Source: Candidatus Curtissbacteria bacterium RIFCSPLOWO2_02_FULL_40_11 (GTDB lineage Bacteria > Patescibacteriota > Microgenomatia > Curtissbacterales > GWA2-41-24). From it: a stretch of DNA of 53,558 nt. The notes under the pieces are model-generated. The model did no database searches and was not told the DNA's origin. It worked only from the letters and a program-made list of their open reading frames with translations. Positions 24,663 through 33,037 of this stretch are shown here, piece by piece. Location of the stretch: the NCBI GenBank assembly GCA_001776505.1, contig MFBV01000032.1:1-53558 (forward strand). The letters are read 5' to 3'. Position 1 is the first letter of the stretch, and every line of letters begins with the position of its first letter. The translations under genes were made by a program, and so were the position numbers.

Positions 24663-26801
24663 ATGAAGGATAAGACTACAAGACTCTACCCATTAGATAG
24701 AATAAGAAATATCGGAATCATTGCCCATATCGACGCCGGAAAAACAACAACTACAGAACGAATTCTTTTTTACACTGGAAAAACTTATAAACTTGGCAAC
24801 ATCGATGAAGGTACAACCATCACCGATTGGATGGCTCAGGAAAAAGAAAGAGGAATTACTATTGTTTCAGCAGCTGTCACAACATTTTGGAAAGCAAAAA
24901 GCGGTCCTTATAAAGATACCGATACCAGGATAAACATTATCGATACGCCGGGGCACGTTGACTTTACAGCCGAAGTCGAACGGTCGCTGCGTGTACTAGA
25001 TGGAGGAGTGACTGTTCTTGATGCAGAAGAAGGAGTTCAATCACAATCGGAAACCGTTTGGCGCCAAGCCGACAAATACAAAGTACCCAGAATTTGCTTC
25101 ATTAACAAGATGGACAAATTAGGAGCAGATTACTTCGCAACTCTCAAATCAATTCGTGATAAATTAAATGCTCCGGCAGTTCCCTACAATTTACCAATTG
25201 GTACCGAAAATGATTTCAAAGGTGTTGTCGACCTACTTTCACAAAAAGCTTATGTCTGGGAAACGGGAGTGGACGGTACTGGGAAAGAATTTAAAGAAGT
25301 AGATATTCCCCATGATATGAAGGCAGATGTTGAAAAATACAGAAATGAACTCATAGAAAAAATCGCGGAAACAGATGATACTCTTATAGAAAAATATCTT
25401 GGCGGTGAAACAATAGAAATTGATGAACTCAAAAAAGCCCTCAGAGGAGCGGTCATCAAGTACAAAATTGTTCCGGTTATGGCAGGTTCTTCTCTAAGAA
25501 ATAAAGGTGTTCAACCACTCCTGGATGCGATTGTTGAATATCTGCCTTCTCCCAAAGATATAGAAAAAGTTGAAGGTGAAAATCCCAAAACCAAAGAAAA
25601 AGAGACTCGAAAATTAGTAACAGAAGAACCGTATTGCGGCTTAGCTTTTAAAATACAAGTCGATCCTCATGTTGGAAAACTTACATTTGTGAGAGTATAT
25701 TCAGGTACTTTAAAATCCGGATCTTCAGTCACAAACACTACTAAGAGCAAAAAAGAAAGAATCGGCAGAATACTTCTGATGCACGCAAATACCAGAGAAG
25801 AAATACAGGAGGCATATGCCGGAGAAATCATTGCAATAGTCGGTCTAAAATCAACAGCCACCGGGGATACCCTCTGCGATGATCAACACCCTTTAATTCT
25901 CGAGTCGATCACATTTCCCGATCCGGTCATATCGCTTGCTATCGAACCAGAAACAAAATCCGATCAAGAGAAATTAGGTTATGCCCTTGGACGTCTGGCC
26001 GAAGAAGATCCGACTTTCAAAATTAAAGGCGATCCGGAAACCGGACAGACAATAATTTCCGGGATGGGCGAACTCCACCTGGAAATTATTGTTGACAGGA
26101 TGAAGCGTGAGTTTTCTGTAAACGCTCAAGTCGGTCGTCCTCAGGTAGCTTATCGGGAAACTATCAAAAAAGAGGCAAATGGCGAAGGTAAGTATATTCG
26201 TCAGTCAGGCGGGCGCGGGCAGTATGGACATTGTTTCTTAAAAGTAGAACCAAAACCAAGAGGAGAAGGTTACGAGTTTGTCTCTACTATTAAAGGTGGG
26301 GCAATTCCTTCAGAATTTATCCCGTCAATTGAAAAAGGTGTCATAGAAAAATTGGATCAGGGAATTCTAGCAGGTTACCCACTGGTCGACATGAAAGTTA
26401 CAGTTTATGATGGAAGCTTTCATGAGGTTGATTCTTCGGACATTGCCTTCAAGATTGCAGGGTCTATGGCTGTCGAAGATGCCGCCAAAAATGCCCAGCT
26501 TACGCTTCTCGAGCCGATTATGAAGTGCGAAGTTACAGTTCCGGAAGACTTTATGGGAGACGTAATTGGAGATCTTTCAAGCAAACGTGCCCAAGTCCAT
26601 GGTACTGATCATCATGGAAACAGTGTAATTGTTAACGCTTTAGTACCCCTTGCCGAAATGTCAGGTTACGTTACAACCTTAAGATCAATGACCCAAGGCC
26701 GCGGATCCGTCTACCTTGAACCCTCCCACTACGAAGAGGTACCAACGAATATAGCTGATAAGATAATCTCCAAAGTTAAAGGAGAAAAAAGCGAATCCTA
26801 A
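24663..26801 (+). CDS. fusA: elongation factor G
   Basis: [24 protein letters not shown] and domain IV/V blocks. Confidence 0.98.
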   Translation: MKDKTTRLYPLDRIRNIGIIAHIDAGKTTTTERILFYTGKTYKLGNIDEGTTITDWMAQEKERGITIVSAAVTTFWKAKSGPYKDTDTRINIIDTPGHVDFTAEVERSLRVLDGGVTVLDAEEGVQSQSETVWRQADKYKVPRICFINKMDKLGADYFATLKSIRDKLNAPAVPYNLPIGTENDFKGVVDLLSQKAYVWETGVDGTGKEFKEVDIPHDMKADVEKYRNELIEKIAETDDTLIEKYLGGETIEIDELKKALRGAVIKYKIVPVMAGSSLRNKGVQPLLDAIVEYLPSPKDIEKVEGENPKTKEKETRKLVTEEPYCGLAFKIQVDPHVGKLTFVRVYSGTLKSGSSVTNTTKSKKERIGRILLMHANTREEIQEAYAGEIIAIVGLKSTATGDTLCDDQHPLILESITFPDPVISLAIEPETKSDQEKLGYALGRLAEEDPTFKIKGDPETGQTIISGMGELHLEIIVDRMKREFSVNAQVGRPQVAYRETIKKEANGEGKYIRQSGGRGQYGHCFLKVEPKPRGEGYEFVSTIKGGAIPSEFIPSIEKGVIEKLDQGILAGYPLVDMKVTVYDGSFHEVDSSDIAFKIAGSMAVEDAAKNAQLTLLEPIMKCEVTVPEDFMGDVIGDLSSKRAQVHGTDHHGNSVIVNALVPLAEMSGYVTTLRSMTQGRGSVYLEPSHYEEVPTNIADKIISKVKGEKSES

Positions 26802-26897
26802 AAATTTGTCTTAGATCCTGAGCGAGTGAAACGAGTCGAAGGACTGATAAGATTGTTGCTAAAAGCAAAGGGGAAAAAGAAGAAAGTTGATTAGGTC

Positions 26898-26925
26898 TTG
26901 CATTTTCTTATTGCAATAGTATAAA
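26898..26925 (+). promoter_or_regulatory. promoter TTGCAT-N16-TATAAA upstream of tuf
   Basis: -35 at 26898-26903 and -10 at 26920-26925. Confidence 0.55.
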
Positions 26926-26936
26926 CTATCAAAACT

Positions 26937-26993
26937 AAATATCAGCCTGTCACGTCTGTCCTGAAATGTTTACGTGGCAGAAAACTGATATTT
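26937..26993 (+). promoter_or_regulatory. long hairpin in the tuf 5' leader
   Basis: AAATATCAG/CTGATATTT (9 bp) stacked on CTGTCACGT/ACGTGGCAG (9 bp, one G-U). Confidence 0.6.
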
Positions 26994-27023
26994 TGTTTTG
27001 TTAAAGTCCTAAAAAGTAATATT

Positions 27024-28208
27024 ATGGCTGAAGGAAAATTTAATAGAAGCAAACCACACGTAAATATCGGAACAATTGGTCACGTTGACCACGGTAAAAC
27101 AACGCTAACTGCAGCAATTACCAAAGTATTAGCAGATAAAGGCATGGCTAAAGCTAAAGCCTTTGAAGAAATCGACAACGCTCCGGAAGAAAAAGACCGC
27201 GGAATTACAATTAATATTACTCACGTAGAATATGAAACTGAAAAACGTCACTACGCTCACATCGACGCACCGGGACATGCAGACTATATTAAGAATATGA
27301 TTACAGGCGCTGCCCAAATGGATGGCGCTATTTTAGTTGTTAGTGCACCAGACGGTCCAATGCCTCAAACCAGAGAACACGTTCTTCTTGCTCGCCAAGT
27401 TAATGTTCCGGCAATTGTTGTCTTTTTAAATAAAATAGATATGGTTCAAGACAAAGAACTTTTAGATCTAGTCGAACTAGAAGTTCGAGAACTTCTCGAC
27501 AAATACGAATTTGATGGTAAAAACGCATCAATAATTAAAGGTTCTGCCAAAAAAGCTCTCGAGGGTGATGCAGAAAGTGTTAAGGCGATAGAAGAATTAA
27601 TGGCAGCAGTTGATGAAAAAATCCCAACTCCAAAAAGAGATTTAGAGAAACCATTCTTAATGCCAATAGAGGATGTTTTTTCAATCAAAGGCCGAGGTAC
27701 GGTAGTTACAGGTAGGATTGAAAGAGGAGTTGTAAAAGTTAACGAAGAAATTGAAATAGTAGGTATAAAACAGGCAAAAAAGACAACAGTAACTGGTGTA
27801 GAAATGTTTAGAAAAGAACTCGATCAAGGTCAAGCAGGCGACAACGTTGGTGTACTTTTAAGGGGAATCGAGAAGAATGATGTAGAACGTGGCCAGGTTC
27901 TTGCAAAACCAGGTACAGCTACACCACACACAGAATTCGAAGCAGAAGTTTATATTCTAAACAAAGAAGAAGGTGGACGACACACACCTTTCTTTACAGG
28001 CTATCGGCCACAATTCTACATTCGAACCACAGATGTTACAGGCGAAGCAACGCTTCCCGAAGGCATAGAAATGGTTATGCCTGGTGACAACATCAAAATG
28101 AAAATTAAACTCATTGTCCCCGTAGCACTGGAAGAAGGACTTAGGTTTGCAATCCGCGAAGGCGGTCACACGGTTGGCGCCGGAGTGGTTGCCAAAGTCC
28201 TCGCATAA
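27024..28208 (+). CDS. tuf: elongation factor Tu
   Basis: [27 protein letters not shown]-terminal beta-barrel domains. Confidence 0.99.
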   Translation: MAEGKFNRSKPHVNIGTIGHVDHGKTTLTAAITKVLADKGMAKAKAFEEIDNAPEEKDRGITINITHVEYETEKRHYAHIDAPGHADYIKNMITGAAQMDGAILVVSAPDGPMPQTREHVLLARQVNVPAIVVFLNKIDMVQDKELLDLVELEVRELLDKYEFDGKNASIIKGSAKKALEGDAESVKAIEELMAAVDEKIPTPKRDLEKPFLMPIEDVFSIKGRGTVVTGRIERGVVKVNEEIEIVGIKQAKKTTVTGVEMFRKELDQGQAGDNVGVLLRGIEKNDVERGQVLAKPGTATPHTEFEAEVYILNKEEGGRHTPFFTGYRPQFYIRTTDVTGEATLPEGIEMVMPGDNIKMKIKLIVPVALEEGLRFAIREGGHTVGAGVVAKVLA

Positions 28209-28221
28209 AAAATGCAGCAAC

Positions 28222-28253
28222 CCCCCAAGAGTTGATCAAGGGGGATTTTTTTT
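28222..28253 (+). terminator. rho-independent terminator after tuf
   Basis: CCCCC..GGGGG stem followed by A plus T8. Confidence 0.6.
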
Positions 28254-28260
28254 GGTACAA

Positions 28261-28304
28261 TGACGCCTGAACTTGTTGGGCGTCATCCTGAACTTGATTC
28301 AGGA
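28261..28304 (+). repeat. tandem pair of related hairpins (both contain CCTGAACTTG)
   Basis: TGACGCC/GGCGTCA (7 bp) and TCCTGAA/TTCAGGA (7 bp). Confidence 0.75.
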
Positions 28305-28325
28305 TCCAAACAAGATTAGATACTT

Positions 28326-28441
28326 AGGAAACTGAGGTTTTCAAGGTCAATGAGGATATTAATAAATAAATCGACAACTTGCTATCAACATTTAAGACGC
28401 AGGGAAATATCCTCAATACCCTAAATCCAATTTAGTTTCCT
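28326..28441 (+). other. nested long-range helices, candidate structured RNA or DNA element
   Basis: AGGAAACT (28326-33) pairs with AGTTTCCT (28434-41); TGAGGATATT (28351-60) pairs with AATATCCTCA (28406-15). Confidence 0.35.
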
Positions 28442-28454
28442 ATAGACAAATGTC

Positions 28455-28498
28455 ATTCTCGACCTGATCGAGAATCAGATTCTCGCTTTCGCAAGAAT
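28455..28498 (+). repeat. tandem pair of ATTCTCG-type hairpins
   Basis: ATTCTCGA-cctga-TCGAGAAT and ATTCTCGC-tttc-GCAAGAAT; outer GTCATTCT/AGAATGAC can also pair. Confidence 0.75.
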
Positions 28499-28548
28499 GA
28501 CCTTAGTCGTTAGTCATTTTGCATTTTCGTGAAAGGAACATATTAAAA

Positions 28549-28884
28549 ATGGCACCAGTTGAATTTTACAGTCCTTGGTCGAGAACAAAAATGGTTGTTG
28601 ATCCAGGGAAAACTGAATCATTGACAGTTAATTGGCCCGGTGGGAGAAAAGGAAGGCCGATAAAGAGAACGATAGAAATCAAATGCGAGGAGGATGATCT
28701 GTCAAGTACTATTTCTACTCACGTCATTGAGGGTAGGACACGAATCCAAATCGGCTCCTTTGAGATAGGGTTTGTGCCTGAGGCAATTGATGATAGGACG
28801 AAAGAATCATGGACACTTGAAAAAGGAAGATCAGCAACAATTAGCATAGAAGATTTTGATTTACTAAAAGTCGACCATAAGTAA
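28549..28884 (+). CDS. hypothetical protein inserted between tuf and rpsJ (ATG 28549)
   Basis: 111-aa ORF with no recognisable motif. Confidence 0.45.
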   Translation: MAPVEFYSPWSRTKMVVDPGKTESLTVNWPGGRKGRPIKRTIEIKCEEDDLSSTISTHVIEGRTRIQIGSFEIGFVPEAIDDRTKESWTLEKGRSATISIEDFDLLKVDHK

Positions 28885-28920
28885 AAGAATTTTGAATTTT
28901 GCACTTTAAATTAACTAATT

Positions 28921-29229
28921 ATGCCTAAAGGAAGAATTAGAATTAAGCTTAGAGCATATGACGCGCGAGTAATCGATGCGGCGTGTAAAGACATCATTAA
29001 CACCGCATTAACAACCGGCTCTAAAGTATCGGGGCCAATCCCTCTACCCACAAAAGTCGAAAAGATTACGGTTCTAACTAGTCCCCATACCGATAAAGAT
29101 GCTCGAGAACAATTCGAAACAAGGACTCACAAGAGACTAATTGACATTATTGAACCTACAAATAAGTCGATAGATAGTTTGACACATTTGGATCTACCAG
29201 CGGGGGTAGACATTGAGATTAAGATGTGA
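28921..29229 (+). CDS. rpsJ: 30S ribosomal protein S10
   Basis: [25 protein letters not shown]. Confidence 0.97.
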   Translation: MPKGRIRIKLRAYDARVIDAACKDIINTALTTGSKVSGPIPLPTKVEKITVLTSPHTDKDAREQFETRTHKRLIDIIEPTNKSIDSLTHLDLPAGVDIEIKM

Positions 29230-29399
29230 TTATAGAATCGTTATATTGCTGAATTGGTGAACCGATTTAACGATATAACAATTTAGCAATTGGACAATCT
29301 ATTTTAGGTGGGACACCTGAAAACCCCTCCTTCGCTATTCAAGCTTCGGAGGGTGAAATCTCAAGGAGTCCTGCTTTTTTGGCGCACAAAGAGAACAAA

Positions 29400-30314
29400 A
29401 TGATTAAAACGATCTTAGGTACTAAATCAAATATGTCGTCAGTATACAACCAGTTCGGTCATCAGGTACCGGTAACTACCGTTATGGCCGAACCAAATAT
29501 TGTATTCGGTATACGAGATAAAAAAATTATACTTGGGTTAGGTAAAAAGAAAATATCTAAGAAAACAGAAAACACCTATCTAAAAATAGCAGGATTCCCA
29601 CCAAGATTTATTAAAGAAGTAACACTAAAAAACGAAACATCAAAAGAACAAAAAACCTCAGAAATTCCTCAAGAAAATTCCCAACAAAACCAAGAAGTTG
29701 CCAAAAAAATTAATTTAGGAGACAAAATAACAGTCTCCATTTTTGAACCTGGCGACGAAGTAAAGGTGACGGGAACTACCAAAGGTAAGGGTTTTACTGG
29801 AGTCGTCAAAAGGTGGGGTTTTGCTGGAGGTCCAAAAACTCACGGCCAATCCGACCGCCATAGAGCGCCTGGATCTATTGGAATGGGAACCACGCCGGGG
29901 CGTGTTTTTAAGGGAAAGAAAATGGCAGGGCATCTGGGTAACTCTAAACTTACTGTTACTGGTCTTGAGGTAATTGAAGTTAACGAAGATAAAAATATTA
30001 TTTTAATTAAGGGTGCAATTCCAGGCCCAAAGGATGGTTTTTTAATAATTGAAAAAACTGGAAAAGTAAAAAGTTATACTCTTCCACCACCGAGCGAAGA
30101 AAAACAGACAGCCGCCGAAGGCCTGCTACACCCGCTTCGACACGTCGCCGAAGGCGAACCTCGCCAATGGCGGGTCGAAGACGAGGCGAGCGGCGAGGCG
30201 AGCGAACCTCGACCCGAAAGTTGGGAAAAAGAAGCGAAAGCTGATGAGAAAGAAGAAACAAAAGGGACAAAAGAGTTGAAGGAAAAGGAGGAAAATGAAG
30301 ATGCCAAGAGTTAA
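29400..30314 (+). CDS. rplC: 50S ribosomal protein L3 with internal insertion and about 85-aa C-terminal extension (ATG 29400; alternative TTG 29379 after AAGGAG)
   Basis: MIKTILGTKSNMS, GTTKGKGFTGVVKRWGFAGGPKTHGQSDRHRAPGSIG. Confidence 0.95.
   Translation: MIKTILGTKSNMSSVYNQFGHQVPVTTVMAEPNIVFGIRDKKIILGLGKKKISKKTENTYLKIAGFPPRFIKEVTLKNETSKEQKTSEIPQENSQQNQEVAKKINLGDKITVSIFEPGDEVKVTGTTKGKGFTGVVKRWGFAGGPKTHGQSDRHRAPGSIGMGTTPGRVFKGKKMAGHLGNSKLTVTGLEVIEVNEDKNIILIKGAIPGPKDGFLIIEKTGKVKSYTLPPPSEEKQTAAEGLLHPLRHVAEGEPRQWRVEDEASGEASEPRPESWEKEAKADEKEETKGTKELKEKEENEDAKS
30100..30225 (+). repeat. GC-rich hairpin-dense segment embedded in frame in the rplC 3' extension
   Basis: Locally GC-rich (gccgccgaaggcc...cgaacctcgacccg); contains the CGCC-GAA-GGCG / CGCC-AAT-GGCG module also seen at 3321-3351, and a CGGGTCGA...TCGACCCG stem. 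Confidence 0.8.
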
Positions 30315-31002
30315 AGCCAATTCAAAAACGACAGATGGCAAAAAGACAGCAGCTAAAAAACAACAGTCAAGAACACAACAAAAAACAACCAAGCTATCTA
30401 CCGATGTTTACGACACCAATGGCAAAAAACAAGGAAGTCTTAATTTGCCAAAAGAATTTTTCGGCCAAAAGGTAAATAAGTCATTACTCAAACAAGCACT
30501 GCATATTTACTTCGAAAATCAATCTAAACATACAGCATCAGTTAAAACTCGAGGCCAGAAGCGTGGCGGTGGAGCTAAACCTTGGCGTCAAAAAGGAACC
30601 GGTCGTGCCAGAGCTGGTTCTAACAGATCCCCTTTGTGGGTTGGTGGTGGAACAACCCACGGACCGAAGTATAGGAACATTCAGCTCAATTTGCCTAAAA
30701 AAATGAAACATCAAGCACTAATTTCAGCTCTTTCTTCAAAAGCCAGCTCAAATTCAATTAAAGTAATTTCAAATATAGAAAAAATCGATCCAAAAACTAA
30801 AATTATTGCAAATCTTCTAAAAAAAATAGGTGCTAAAGGAACGAATCTTATCGTAGTTTCCGAAAAAAATCCCAATGTAAAACTAGCTACGAATAATTTA
30901 CAAAAAACATCAGTAGATACAGCCATAAACTTAAACGCACTAGGAATAATTAAAAATAAAAATATATTTTTCTCCAAAGAAGCGATAGAGAAATTATCAT
31001 GA
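30295..31002 (+). CDS. rplD: 50S ribosomal protein L4 with about 35-aa basic N-terminal extension
   Basis: RGGGAKPWRQKGTGRARAGS, SPLWVGGGTTHGP; RBS AAGGAGG 5 nt upstream. Confidence 0.96.
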   Translation: MKMPRVKANSKTTDGKKTAAKKQQSRTQQKTTKLSTDVYDTNGKKQGSLNLPKEFFGQKVNKSLLKQALHIYFENQSKHTASVKTRGQKRGGGAKPWRQKGTGRARAGSNRSPLWVGGGTTHGPKYRNIQLNLPKKMKHQALISALSSKASSNSIKVISNIEKIDPKTKIIANLLKKIGAKGTNLIVVSEKNPNVKLATNNLQKTSVDTAINLNALGIIKNKNIFFSKEAIEKLS

Positions 31003-31439
31003 ACAGTGCGAAATTAATAAAAAGAGCAATTTTATCCGAGAAGTCGTACGGTCTTATGGACAAAGGTATTTATACTATTCTAGTGGCAAAGGATGCAAAT
31101 AAAAACCAAATAAAAAAAGCAGTAGAGAACCAATTTCAAGTAAATGTGAAAGGTGTAAATGTTCTAATAAAAAGTGCGAAGACTAAGAGGATTACTGGAA
31201 CTAGAAAGACTGCAACCATTGGAGCCGGTAAAAAGGCCGTTATAACTCTAGAGAAGGGTCAAAGCATTGCACTTTTCAGTACAAAGAGTGAAAAGCCCGC
31301 TTCGCAAGCGAAGCGAGGCGAGTCTAAAACCAAAAAAACAGAATTAAAAGAAAAAAGCAAAGAAATAAAAAAAGAGGACAAAGGCAAAGGAATACTTGGA
31401 AAATTTAGGATCCAAAAGAGTAAAAAGGAAAGAGAGTAA
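30999..31439 (+). CDS. rplW: 50S ribosomal protein L23 with K-rich C-terminal extension
   Basis: LIKRAILSEKS, VAKDANKNQIKKAVE; extension begins near residue 95. Confidence 0.95.
   Translation: MNSAKLIKRAILSEKSYGLMDKGIYTILVAKDANKNQIKKAVENQFQVNVKGVNVLIKSAKTKRITGTRKTATIGAGKKAVITLEKGQSIALFSTKSEKPASQAKRGESKTKKTELKEKSKEIKKEDKGKGILGKFRIQKSKKERE
31298..31315 (+). repeat. perfect GC-rich palindrome CGCTTCGC-AA-GCGAAGCG inside the rplW extension
   Basis: Direct reading; followed by aggcgag, the same motif type as 32285-32299 and 30181-30205. Confidence 0.85.
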
Positions 31440-31442
31440 TCA

Positions 31443-32267
31443 ATGTCAATTAAACAATTTAAACCTACAACACCATCTCAGAGGTTCAAAACCGGTCTAA
31501 TGTTTGATGAAATTACAAAAACTAAACCTGAAAAATCACTAGTTGGCAGACTGACGAGAACTGCAGGTCGGTCTCATGGTATGGTTACAGTTTACGGAAG
31601 AGGCGGAGGCCACAAGAGAAATTTGCGCATGATAGATTTTAAAAGAAAGAAAAAAGATATAAGGGCATTAGTTGCTTCCATCGAATACGATCCAAACAGA
31701 AGCGCAAACATAGCCTTACTTCATTATGAAGATGGAGAAAAAAGCTACATATTAGCACCAAATGGAATAAAAGTCGGAGACAAAATTCAATCGTCTGAAA
31801 AAACAGAAGTAAAATCCGGGAATTCTATGCCAATACAGAATATTCCAATTGGTTCCTTTATCCATAACATCGAATTAACGCCAGGTAGTGGAGGAAAAAT
31901 CGTTAGAAGCGCAGGTGCCAGTGCCATTGTAGCCGCTAAAGAGGGTAAGTATGTTCATATAAAGCTACCTTCCAAAGAAATAAGAAAAATCCACGGAAGT
32001 TGCTTTGCAACTATCGGGCAGATAGGCAATATAGACTGGAAAAATACATCAGCGGGTAAAGCAGGAAAGATGCGTCATCTCGGAAAACGGCCAAAAGTGC
32101 GTGGCGTAGCCATGGATCCAGGTTCTCACCCACATGGTGGAGGCGAAGGCAAAAGTGGAACAGGTATGAATCCCAAAACACGATCAGGCAAGAGTGCTTT
32201 TAAAAAAACAAGGAACAGAAATAAACCGTCAGCGAAATTCATTTTGAAAAGAAGAAATAAAAGATGA
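31443..32267 (+). CDS. rplB: 50S ribosomal protein L2
   Basis: GRGGGHKR, VRGVAMDPGSHPHGGGEG. Confidence 0.98.
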   Translation: MSIKQFKPTTPSQRFKTGLMFDEITKTKPEKSLVGRLTRTAGRSHGMVTVYGRGGGHKRNLRMIDFKRKKKDIRALVASIEYDPNRSANIALLHYEDGEKSYILAPNGIKVGDKIQSSEKTEVKSGNSMPIQNIPIGSFIHNIELTPGSGGKIVRSAGASAIVAAKEGKYVHIKLPSKEIRKIHGSCFATIGQIGNIDWKNTSAGKAGKMRHLGKRPKVRGVAMDPGSHPHGGGEGKSGTGMNPKTRSGKSAFKKTRNRNKPSAKFILKRRNKR

Positions 32268-32329
32268 TAGTTCAAAATATCAAGGAGCGAAGCGAGGCTG
32301 ATTTAGTTAAAGAAAGAAAGAGAAAATAA

Positions 32330-32614
32330 ATGGCCAGATCAAGCAAAAAAGAACCATACGTTGACAAAAAACTATTAAAAAAAGTCTTGAGTCAAAAAGA
32401 TGATGGCAAAAAAGATGCCATAAAAACTTGGTCAAGAGCAAGCATGATTGCTCCAGAATTCGTCAATCATACTTTCTCAGTACACAATGGCAAAACTTTT
32501 ATTAATGTTTTTGTTTCCGAACCAATGGTGGGCCATCGCTTAGGGGAATTTGCACCAACCAGAACTTTTAGAGGTCACGGGAGAATAACAGAAAAATCAT
32601 CCGCCAAAAAATAA
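32330..32614 (+). CDS. rpsS: 30S ribosomal protein S19
   Basis: [33 protein letters not shown]. Confidence 0.97.
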   Translation: MARSSKKEPYVDKKLLKKVLSQKDDGKKDAIKTWSRASMIAPEFVNHTFSVHNGKTFINVFVSEPMVGHRLGEFAPTRTFRGHGRITEKSSAKK

Positions 32615-32617
32615 TTT

Positions 32618-33037
32618 ATGGAAGTACGTGCTGTTTCTAGAAATATCAGAGTATCACCTTACAAAGTAAGGCTGGTTGTCAATGAAATTAAAAAAATGCA
32701 ACCTGGTGATGCAGTTAAAATGCTTAACTTTACACAACAAGCGGCGTCAAAACCATTGAAAAAAGTTGTAATGTCAGCAATTGCCAATGCCAAGAACAAC
32801 AATAACTTAAATGAAAATTCATTAACTTTTAAGGAAATTCAAATTGGCCATGGCCTAACATTCAAGAGATATCGACCAATTTCTAGAGGAAGAGTCCATG
32901 ATATTAAAAAAATAACTAGCCATATAAGAGTTGTTCTAGAAGGTAAAGAAGCTGAAAGTAAGAAGGTTGAAGAGAAGAAAGAAGATACAAAAAAGTTAGA
33001 AGCAAAGAAAGGAAAAGAAAATGGGACAAAAGGTTAA
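32618..33037 (+). CDS. rplV: 50S ribosomal protein L22 with K/E-rich C-terminal tail
   Basis: RVSPYKVRLVVNEIKK, RGRVHDIKKITSHIRVVL. Confidence 0.96.
   Translation: MEVRAVSRNIRVSPYKVRLVVNEIKKMQPGDAVKMLNFTQQAASKPLKKVVMSAIANAKNNNNLNENSLTFKEIQIGHGLTFKRYRPISRGRVHDIKKITSHIRVVLEGKEAESKKVEEKKEDTKKLEAKKGKENGTKG

Noticed and set aside
28326-28441. The nested helices as a tRNA, tmRNA, SRP or RNase P RNA
   Set aside because: No cloverleaf, no T-loop GTTCRA, and none of the conserved SRP or RNase P sequence blocks could be found by eye. I keep it only as an unclassified structured element.
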